From: Methanosphaera stadtmanae DSM 3091
GTDB lineage: Archaea > Methanobacteriota > Methanobacteria > Methanobacteriales > Methanobacteriaceae
NCBI RefSeq assembly: GCF_000012545.1
Contig: NC_007681.1
Coordinates: 870,001 to 902,000, forward strand
DNA length: 32,000 nt
Direction: 5' to 3'
Both the position numbers and the translations under genes were made by a program. The notes beneath the pieces were generated by a model. That model was not told the DNA's origin, did no database searches, and saw only the letters and a program-made list of their open reading frames with translations. How positions within the stretch are numbered: position 1 is the first letter of the stretch; the number at the start of each line of letters is the position of its first letter. Positions 1 to 8,900 of this stretch are shown one piece after another.

Positions 1-2
1 GT

Positions 3-470
3 CGTAATACTATTCTTAATTTTACTAATTATCTTGAAAATGCTTTCTTCATTTCTAAGATTAGAAGGGAAGATTTGATTGGTAAAAAGATTCTTAAAAC
101 TCAACAAAAATATTATCTTATGGATCATGGATTTCATCATACATTAATTGAAAGTAACTGGCTTAAACAAACACATGTTCTGGAGAATATTGTCTACATT
201 GAATTATTAAGACGGGGGTATGAAATAAAGATTGGTAAAATTTATGATAAAGAGATTGATTTCTTTTGTCGAAAAGATGGATTTGAATGTTATATCCAAG
301 TATCATATACTGTAGCAGATCAGGATACATTGGAAAGAGAAATGATTCCGTTATTAAGGTTGAGAAATCATTATGATAAATATATTTTCAGTATGGATGA
401 ACATGACATGTCCAGGGATGGAATTAAACATAGAAATATCCTAGAATTCTTGAAAGGTGATGAATTCTGA
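3..470 (+). CDS. AAA+ ATPase, C-terminal DUF4143-type region (5' end outside window)
   Basis: Frame 3 is open from the window edge (RNTILNFTNYLENAFFISKIRREDLIGKK...) into the listed 75-470 ORF. '..KYYLMDHGF..' and the tail '..EIDFFCRKDG..YIQVSY..' match my memory of COG1373/DUF4143 ATPases, which end in a PD-(D/E)xK-like module. Stop codon at 468-470. Confidence 0.6.
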   Translation, partial: RNTILNFTNYLENAFFISKIRREDLIGKKILKTQQKYYLMDHGFHHTLIESNWLKQTHVLENIVYIELLRRGYEIKIGKIYDKEIDFFCRKDGFECYIQVSYTVADQDTLEREMIPLLRLRNHYDKYIFSMDEHDMSRDGIKHRNILEFLKGDEF

Positions 471-537
471 GAGAGGGGTATGATTAATTGGAACTGGATA
501 CACTAATATTTATTCAGATATATATTACAAGAATAGA

Positions 538-938
538 ATGAAAAAATCACGAAAAAGTTATATGAAAAATCATATAACAATAGACTTAGAATACATGCTA
601 ATAAGACACCAAAAGTGTTAAAAAAGGTCCATGATTCGATACAGTGTTTGTAATATCAGCTAAGAAGTATAAAAGAATATAAACCAAAATACATACTTGC
701 AGATAAAGCATACGATACAGAAAAAATAAAAAAGACTATAATCGAAGAAACAACAGCAATACCACAAACGAAGAAACACCAAAAAACAGGAAAATACAGA
801 ACAAAATATAGAGCAATATTCTGGCAAAAGATATATAATTATAGAAATCAAGTAGAATGTGTAAATAGTGTAGAAAAAAGACTATTTGGTGGAATAAATA
901 CAAGTAGAAGTAGAAAATTACAAATAAAAGAAACATAA
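538..938 (+). pseudogene. Degraded IS4/IS5-type DDE transposase (C-terminal half, frameshifted, with an internal stop)
   Basis: Hand translation of the + strand gives three pieces. Positions 538-621 read 'MKKSRKSYMKNHITIDLEYMLIRHQKC*'. After a frame change, 600-653 read '..KVLKKVHDSIQCL*'. Positions 654-938 read 'YQLRSIKEYKPKYILADKAYDTEKIKK..YNYRNQVECVNSVEKRLFGGINTSRSRKLQIKET*'. 'ADKAYD' and 'YxxRxxVE...KRxFG' are hallmark C-terminal motifs of DDE_Tnp_1-type transposases. The N-terminal half is absent and I found no terminal inverted repeats. Confidence 0.55.
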
Positions 939-1077
939 TTAAAAAATACATTTTACAATATTGATAAAACAATAAAAAATTTTAAAAAGATAGGATTTCT
1001 ACAAAACCAATTTAAAAGTATTTATCTTTAGATAAATCTATTTAATAAGTAGTTACATATCTAACAATAGTGATATA

Positions 1078-2226
1078 ATGGAAATTATAACAGATATATT
1101 AATAGTAGGTGGAGGACCATCTGGATTACTTGCAGCAAAAGAGGGCTGTTTTAATAATAATAAAGTAGTATTACTTGATAAAGATAACACAGACACATAT
1201 AATGAATATATTACAAAAACTTCACTTCGTCAAATAGGAATAAAAGAAGATGATTCATGGATAGTAAATCAGACAAATGGATTTATATTAGAGGCTATGG
1301 ATGAAAAATTAGTACTGGATAATACTACAACTGTTCAACCTGAAGAGGCATATATTATAGATAAAAATAAATTTATAAAAGCTTTACGTGATGATATAAA
1401 AGAGAATGTGGAAATTATAGATACAGAAGCTAAAACAATTACACATATAAAGGATAAAGTGGTAGTTGAGGCAGAAAATAGTACTGGAAAATATACTATT
1501 ACTACAAAAATACTTATTATTGCAAGTGGATATCATGATAATCTAATAAAACAGGTAGGTATGGATTATAAAAACATGGATACTCAACATATTCTTCAAT
1601 ATGAATTAGAAAATACACATCTTAAAACAAACAACATAATATATTCATTTAATGAAATTGAAAATAATGCTCTAATCTCTATTTTACCTGGAAAAAATAA
1701 CACTGCATCAATATCAATTACTATGAAAGATGATGCAAATATAACAGAAATATTAGATAGTTATATTAAGTCTAATAATGAACTTAGAGATTCAAACATA
1801 ATATGTAAAACTTCACATATCCTACCATCTAATGGTATAATACCAAAACGTGTTGCTGATAATATAATTCTATGTGGAAATTCTGCTGGATTTGTAAATC
1901 CATTAACAATGAAGGGACTCTCTGGAGCATTAGAATCTGGTACATATGCAGGTGTGGTAGCAGCAAAGCATGTTGTTTTTGATGAATATAAAAAAGATGA
2001 TTTAAAGCAGTATGTCATGTATACAGATATGTTAGTTAATGAGAATTATGAAAGATATATGGAAACTAGGGAATTTATAGAAACATTAACTCTTATAGAA
2101 GTATATGGTATATTAAGTAAGTTATCTTTTGTAGATATGTATGAGTGTGATATAGATTCATTAATTAGAACAATGATAGATGAGTCTTCAAAGGCAAATA
2201 TTCATCTAAAAAATTTATATAACTAG
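1078..2226 (+). CDS. FAD-dependent oxidoreductase, geranylgeranyl-reductase-like family
   Basis: 382-aa ORF. The dinucleotide-binding motif 'DILIVGGGPSGLLAAKE' sits directly at the N-terminus, followed later by 'ILCGNSAGFVNPLTMKGL'. A T9 run (2228-2236) follows the stop immediately. Confidence 0.7.
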   Translation: MEIITDILIVGGGPSGLLAAKEGCFNNNKVVLLDKDNTDTYNEYITKTSLRQIGIKEDDSWIVNQTNGFILEAMDEKLVLDNTTTVQPEEAYIIDKNKFIKALRDDIKENVEIIDTEAKTITHIKDKVVVEAENSTGKYTITTKILIIASGYHDNLIKQVGMDYKNMDTQHILQYELENTHLKTNNIIYSFNEIENNALISILPGKNNTASISITMKDDANITEILDSYIKSNNELRDSNIICKTSHILPSNGIIPKRVADNIILCGNSAGFVNPLTMKGLSGALESGTYAGVVAAKHVVFDEYKKDDLKQYVMYTDMLVNENYERYMETREFIETLTLIEVYGILSKLSFVDMYECDIDSLIRTMIDESSKANIHLKNLYN

Positions 2227-2309
2227 ATTTTTTTTTAATTTTTGTCTATAGAATAAATTCTATATTTAATGTTAGGAGTAAAACAAAAAAAGGAGATATT
2301 ATGGATTAA

Positions 2310-2540
2310 TTATTTTTTATCTAACAATCCTTCTTTTTCAAGTAATCTTTCTGTTTTTGTGAAAACTGAATTTTCTTCACGGAATTTTATTATTTCATCT
2401 TTCAATTCCTCTGGAACATCAACATCAAATCCACATTCTGGACATTTAACAGATGCTCCACCACAATCATATCCACAGTCACATTCTCCTGCATTTGTAT
2501 GATCAAATTCTTTTTTACAAACTTCACATGTTAATAGCAT
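2310..2540 (-). CDS. Small Cys-rich zinc-ribbon protein (76 aa), function unknown
   Basis: Cys pattern is C5xxC8 ... C20xC22xxxC26 ... C33PEC36, followed by a charged helical tail. An 'aaggta' RBS-like element lies upstream on the - strand. The overlapping + strand ORF 2269-2502 is low-complexity S/F/N-rich, so the - strand reading is preferred. Confidence 0.55.
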   Translation of the reverse strand: MLLTCEVCKKEFDHTNAGECDCGYDCGGASVKCPECGFDVDVPEELKDEIIKFREENSVFTKTERLLEKEGLLDKK

Positions 2541-2917
2541 AATTTCTACCTTATTTTTTTTGTATATATTACTACTTTATCTTATCTCTATAGTTTATAT
2601 AATAAAAGTTTTCTTAAATTTTCTACAAAAAATTTTATTTAATTCAATGAATTTTTATTAAAAGTTTAATTTATTTTTATTTCTAAATATTATATAAGCT
2701 TGTTCTAATTATAAGATAATTATATATAAATAAGGTAGTATATAGAAAATTATATGAAAAATGTGGGTTTTTATTAAATTGATTCCTTTGGATGTGTTAT
2801 TCAATATTAGATTTTTAGGAATTTGTATTTTAAATGTTCTAAATGTATTTAACCCTATTTTTTCATATGTAGATAAATAATAGTTTTTAAAGTAAAAATA
2901 GTATGTAGGTGATTATT

Positions 2918-3898
2918 ATGTGTTCTGCTGCAAATTACACAACAAAAAATCATTATTTTGGTCGTAACTTTGACTATGAAATATCATATAATGAACAAGT
3001 TATGATAACTCCACGAAATTATCCTCTAAAATTTAGAAAGATAAATGATATAACAACAACACACTATGCTATTATTGGTATAAGTGCAGGTATTAATGAA
3101 TATCCATTGTATTATGATGCAACGAATGAAAAAGGATTAAGTATGGCTGGATTAAATTTCGCTGGATATACAAAGTATCATGAATATGATTCTAATAAAT
3201 TAAATATCACTCCATTTGAATTTATACCATATATTCTTAGTAAATATGAATCTGTGGATGATGTTAAAGAAGCTTTGGAAAATATTAACCTTGTTAATAT
3301 AAATTATAGTGATAAACTTCCCCTTTCACCACTTCATTGGATTATATCAGATAGTGAAAGTTCAATTACTGTTGAATGTTTAAAGGATGAATTAAAAGTA
3401 TATGATAATCCACTAGGAATACTAACAAATAATCCACCATTTGATTTGCAAATGTTTAATTTAAATAATTATAGAAGAGTATCTAATAAAACACCAAGTA
3501 ATGATTTTCTAAAAGATTATAATCTTGATGTGTATAGTAGGGGTATGGGGGGTATGGGTATTCCTGGTGATTTATCCTCTATGTCACGTTTTGTTAAATT
3601 AGCATTTACACTTACAAATTCATTATCTGATGATTCAGAGGAAAGTAGTGTTAATCAATTTTTCCATATTCTAGCAAGTGTTGAACAACAAAATGGATGT
3701 ACATTTATAGAAAGTCCTGATAAATATGAATATACAATATATTCCTCTTGTGTTAATACAAGTTGTGGAATATATTATTATAGAACATATGGAAACTCTC
3801 AGATAAATGCTGTTAATATGCACAATGAAAATTTAGATACTGATAAGTTAATTACATATCCACTTGTAAATAAGGAAAAATTTAATTTTCAAAATTAA
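2918..3898 (+). CDS. bsh: Choloylglycine hydrolase family protein (conjugated bile-salt hydrolase, Ntn-hydrolase)
   Basis: The protein begins 'MCSAANYTTKNHYFGRNFDYE', giving Cys2 as nucleophile plus the R..D pair of the family. It also has 'LTNNPPFD' and 'SSMSRF'. I moved the start from the track's GTG (2909) to ATG 2918, because the RBS 'taggtga' (2905-2911) is 6 nt upstream and the family needs Met-Cys at the N-terminus. Confidence 0.85.
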   Translation: MCSAANYTTKNHYFGRNFDYEISYNEQVMITPRNYPLKFRKINDITTTHYAIIGISAGINEYPLYYDATNEKGLSMAGLNFAGYTKYHEYDSNKLNITPFEFIPYILSKYESVDDVKEALENINLVNINYSDKLPLSPLHWIISDSESSITVECLKDELKVYDNPLGILTNNPPFDLQMFNLNNYRRVSNKTPSNDFLKDYNLDVYSRGMGGMGIPGDLSSMSRFVKLAFTLTNSLSDDSEESSVNQFFHILASVEQQNGCTFIESPDKYEYTIYSSCVNTSCGIYYYRTYGNSQINAVNMHNENLDTDKLITYPLVNKEKFNFQN

Positions 3899-3905
3899 TT
3901 ATTCC

Positions 3906-3930
3906 TTTCTTTTTTTAATTTTTGTTCTTT
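3906..3930 (+). terminator. Oligo-T archaeal-type terminator after the bsh-like gene
   Basis: A T7 run (3910-3916) and a T5 run (3919-3923) lie within 30 nt of the stop codon. Confidence 0.3.
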
Positions 3931-3966
3931 CATTATATTTTATTGGAGCATAATTATCATTCAATA

Positions 3967-4986
3967 TTAGTTCTTTTCTAAGTAATATTCATTTCTTGCT
4001 TCTACAAATGCTTTGATATTTTCAAGTGGTGTTTTTGGTGCAATTCCACAACTTGGTGCTAGTATATCTGTTCCATGTTTTAGTATTTCTTTTACTTCTT
4101 CTTTTACTTCATTTGTTGTTTTATTAAGTAGTGTTTGTGTTGATGATATATTTCCAATAATAACAGTGTCTGAAGATAGGTCCTCTTTAACCATTCTTGC
4201 TTCACCAGTATTTATTGATTCTTCTATGGATAGTCCATTGAAGTTAATTTCTAGTAGATCTTCTAGTATTGGTCTTGATTGTCCACACATATGGATAATA
4301 CTTTGACATTTAATATTCTTTGCCAGCTCATTTAGTGCTTCTTTTTCATATTCTCTAAAATATTCTGGTTGTATTAAATCTGGTGATGCACTACCATCAG
4401 GTATGCATATTACATCAGCCCCTGCATTGGTATATGTTTTTGCTAGTTCTATTTGGGCATCTAACACTACATCAAGTATTGTTTCAACTGTAAAACTTTC
4501 AGTATTTAACATTTTAACTAGTTTTTCTATTCCTATAATATGTCCTGCTAGTGTAAATGGGCCAACTAATCCAACAATTACTGGTACTTCAGGGTACTCA
4601 TTTTTTATTAGTTCTATAGATTCACTAATAACAGCTAATCTTTTTTTGTTTGTATAGTCAGAGGGTATGTCTAGATTTTCAGGATATTCTATTGGTGCTT
4701 TTTCTATTATTGATGGTGGACTGTGTGAATTAGAGCTTATTTTACAACCAAATGCTTCTGCTTCACTTGTCATATCAAAGGGTATTCTTGCATTCTCTAG
4801 TTTTGCTTGTTTATAAAGGGATAAGCCTAGTTTTGTCATTTGTTTAGGGTCATAATGTGCTTGAGGCCATGATACTTCAGATGTATTAAAAGTATCAAAT
4901 ATTGCTATGGATGTTGCACTTATTGCTGGTATTTTTTCAACTTTTTTATTATTTAGAGCATTTTTTAAGTTATTTATTAAATCCAT
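3967..4986 (-). CDS. mtaA: MtaA/MtbA-family methylcobamide:CoM methyltransferase (URO-D fold), divergent paralogue
   Basis: 339 aa. It carries the zinc motif 'IIHMCGQ' (HxC) and 'DILAPSCGIAPKTPLENIKAFVEARNEYY'. That segment is near-identical in pattern to the Methanosarcina MtaA C-terminus as I remember it. RBS 'aaggtg' precedes the ATG. Confidence 0.8.
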   Translation of the reverse strand: MDLINNLKNALNNKKVEKIPAISATSIAIFDTFNTSEVSWPQAHYDPKQMTKLGLSLYKQAKLENARIPFDMTSEAEAFGCKISSNSHSPPSIIEKAPIEYPENLDIPSDYTNKKRLAVISESIELIKNEYPEVPVIVGLVGPFTLAGHIIGIEKLVKMLNTESFTVETILDVVLDAQIELAKTYTNAGADVICIPDGSASPDLIQPEYFREYEKEALNELAKNIKCQSIIHMCGQSRPILEDLLEINFNGLSIEESINTGEARMVKEDLSSDTVIIGNISSTQTLLNKTTNEVKEEVKEILKHGTDILAPSCGIAPKTPLENIKAFVEARNEYYLEKN

Positions 4987-5908
4987 TTTTTTTACACCTT
5001 ATGTGATATTTTGTATTTACTATTTTAAAAAAATAGTTTTTATGAGAATTATATAACTTTGGTAATTAAATATATTCTAGTTAATATTTTGATTTTATCA
5101 TTAAAAATAAGATATAATTAATATAATACATATTAAATTATTGTTAATATTTCTTTTTATTTTAATACCCTCCTATAATTATATATAATATTAAAAAATG
5201 ATATATATCAAGATTATAAAAATATTCATGAAAAAAAGATGGCTTATAAAAATAGATTTATTATATAAACTATTCTTTGTTTAAGAAAGACTAATTTTTC
5301 ATTAGAAAAAATAAATAAAAGAAAAAGATTTCTTTTATAGATATAATACTTGTTCTATTACATTCACTTTCATGTGCTTGTCTATCTACTGTTACTTTGT
5401 AACATATTTCACATATAATGAAACATCAATTCCACTTTATATTAAATACACAATTTTCCATGGTTTAATAGTTTATGTTTTTTTTTTGAAAATAAGAAAA
5501 AAAACCTGAAAAAAAGAGAAATAAAACTAGCAATAACATTATTATTAAAAAAACTATGAATGGAAAAAATATAAACCAATATAGATTATATTAAGGATTT
5601 CTTCAAAGAATGTAAATAAGCATTCAATATGTATGAAAATATATAATCGAATCATTCACAAAACATATTTCAATATGTATTAATAATAAACCAAATAATA
5701 AACACAACAAGACAAAAACAATATTACAACAATTAACTCAAAAAAAAAAATGATCTATCAAAGAGACTAAAGACAAAAAAATCAACAGAGTTAAAAACAA
5801 AGTACTTACTTAACAAATAAATAATTTCATATATATGTGAATAATATTAAAAATCAACAATCTATTAATTAAAAAAAGGCTTTGTAGGAAAGATATATTC
5901 ATATTAAA

Positions 5909-5954
5909 ATCTTTTTTTACTCTAAAAAAAGATAGTTTTTCAAAATAAAAAAAA
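5909..5954 (-). terminator. Terminator region of the giant gene: T8 run plus 10-bp palindromic hairpin
   Basis: On the - strand a T8 run (5947-5954) lies ~40 nt after the stop. It is followed by the palindrome atcttttttt/aaaaaaagat (5909-5918 / 5924-5933, loop actct). Confidence 0.35.
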
Positions 5955-5992
5955 GAAGAAGAATATGATTTTATTTCAATATTCTTATTTAT

Positions 5993-8900
5993 TTAAACTT
6001 TTAGTGTCGTGGTTGTTGTTGCTTTTTCATAGATTGATGTTTCACCAGTCATAACCACTAGTGTGTATGTTCCTTTAATTGTTGGTGGAATCATATCTAT
6101 GTCTGCTACTCCATTTACTGCTATAGCATTTGCTTGTGTTTTTCCATTGAGTTTTACTACAACTTTTGTATTTCCTGTCACTGGTTTATTGTTATTATCA
6201 TTGATTTTCACTGATACTGTTGCTGTTTTATTATTTACTAGTTTTGCTGTTGCTGTTACTTTTGTTGGTATTTTCACTGTATTTTTAAACATGAAGGATG
6301 TTGTACTTGTTGCATATACACTGTTTTCTCCTGATATTATTGTTATGTTATATGGTTTTGAACTTACTGGTAAGTTTAAGTTTAAGTTAGCAACACCATT
6401 TGATACTATGATTTGATTGTAGACTGTTTTACCATTTACTTTTACTGTTACTTTTGTATCACGGTTTATGAGGTTATTTTTCTCATCAAAGATTTTTAAT
6501 GATACTGTTGCATTGTTACTTGTTATATTTAACATTTCTGCTTGTATATGTGTATTTGTTCTTAATACTGTTAAATGACTTTCTGTAGCTACTCTATTAT
6601 AATCTTTTCCAGAGAATACTGCTGTTAGAGTATATTCTTTAGCACTGTATATTGAAGTTATAGTATAGTCGAGTTTTGCAATACCATTTTCTACTTTTAC
6701 AAAGATTATGTTACCATCATCATCTTTTAATGTTTTACCATTAAGTTTAAATATAACTTTACCTTCATTTACTAAAGTATTATTGTAGTATACATGTGCA
6801 ATTATGCTTGTTGTATCTCCAACTTTTACTTTTGTACCATTGGTTAATACATCAATATTAGCAGTTCTTAGTGTAATAATCACATCTGCTTTTTCACTTA
6901 CAGAATCATCATATGCATCGTTTCCAAGGTATGTAGCTACTATGGTTGTATTTTCTTTATGCCATACTCTTGGTGCTTCTTTGGTAATTGTTGCAACACC
7001 ACCAGTTACATTAGCATATATTACATTACCATTATTATCAGTTACTTCTACACCATTTATACTAAATACTACTTTTCCACCAGTTACATTGTTACCATTT
7101 ACATCTGTAATGTGTGCTGTGAGATTTACTTTTTCATAAATTACTCCATTTACAGCATCAACTGTGGTTTTTGTACTTATTTTTTCTACATCAAATGTAG
7201 TTTCATCACTACTTGGAGTGTATAAGTCACTTCCATCATAACTTGCTTTTATTGTGTATGTACCAGTTGTAGCAGCTGCTTTAATAGTTACTTTAAAGTT
7301 ACCATTATTATCTGTAACTGTATTGTATGATATACCATCTACTATGATTGTAACTGTACTGTTAGTTATTGCTTTTTGTGTGTATTCTTCACTAAGAAGT
7401 CCAGATACATCTACTGTTGAATTAATACTGGTATTGTTAACAGGATTTAATGTTAATTCAGAACCTAATTTTTCAACATCAACACTTATAATTTCACTTG
7501 ATGCCATGTAGGTATCATTTCCATCATATCTAACTGTTACTGGAATATTATCTCCAACAGTTGTTGTCATAATATCACATGTAAATTTACCATCACCATT
7601 AGTGGTGGTTGTGTAGTCTTTACCTTCAAATGTAACTGTAATTGTAGCATTAGCTATACCATTATTCTTTGTATCTATGAGAGTTCCATTAATTGTTATG
7701 GTACTGTTTACTGTAGCACTAATTGGTCCTTCAGCTATTATGCTAGTTTCTTCTTTTACAAACATGGAAGTTTGAGCACTAGCCATGGTGTATACATCAC
7801 TACCAGCATAACTTGCAGATACATCATAATTTCCACTTACAAGAGAGGTCATAATAGTTACAACATATTTACCTTCATTATCAGTGGTGGTTGTGTATTT
7901 TTTATTGTTAACTGTTATTGTTACTTCTTGATTAATAATAGCATTTTGTGCAGAATCAACTAAAATACCAGTAACATTAACATTACTATTAGCATCAACA
8001 TTACCAATAGCATCAATAGTAATAGATGAACTTATTTTTTCTACATCAAATGTAGTTTCATCACTACTTGGAGTGTATAAGTCACTTCCATCATAACTTG
8101 CTTTTATTGTGTATGTACCAGTTGTAGCAGCTGCTTTAATAGTTACTTTAAAGTTACCATTATCATCTGTAACTGTATTGTATGATATACCATCTACTAT
8201 GATTGTAACTGTACTGTTAGCTATTGCTTTTTGTGTGTATTCTTCACTAAGTACACCAGATACATCTACTGTTGAATTAATATCAGTATTGTTAACAGGA
8301 TTTAATGTTAATTCAGAACCTAATTTTTCAACATCAACACTTATAATTTCACTTGATGCCATGTAGGTATCATTTCCATCATATCTAACTGTTACTGGAA
8401 TATTATCTCCAACAGTTGTTGTCATAATATCACATGTAAATTTACCATCATTATTAGTGGTGGTTGTGTAGTCTTTACCTTCAAATACAACTGTAATTGT
8501 AGCATTAGCTATACCATTATCACTTGCATCCATGAGAGTTCCATTAATTGTTATGGTACTGTTTACTGTAGCACTAATTGGTCCTTCAGCTGTTATACCA
8601 GTTTCTTCTTTTACAAACATGGAAGTTTGAGCACTAGCCATGGTGTATACATCACTACCAGCATAACTTGCAGATACATCATAATGTCCTGTTACAACAG
8701 GTGTCATGATAGTTACAACATATTTACCATCACCATTAGTGGTGGTTGTGTATTTTTTATTGTTAACTGTTATTGTTACTTCTTGATTACTAATAGCATT
8801 TTGTGCAGAATCAACTAAAATACCAGTAACATTAACATTACTATTAGCATCAACACTACCAATAGTATCAATAGTAATAGAGGAATCTATTTTTGTCACA

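Noticed and set aside
660-972. Two overlapping - strand ORFs (63 and 78 aa) are F/L/Y/C-rich.
   Set aside because: They are antisense to the A-rich transposase relic, whose + strand translation carries recognisable DDE-transposase motifs. The - strand products are low complexity.
2269-2502. A + strand 77-aa ORF overlaps the zinc-ribbon gene.
   Set aside because: Its translation is S/F/N/P-rich and low-complexity with no motif. The - strand frame gives paired CxxC motifs and has an RBS.
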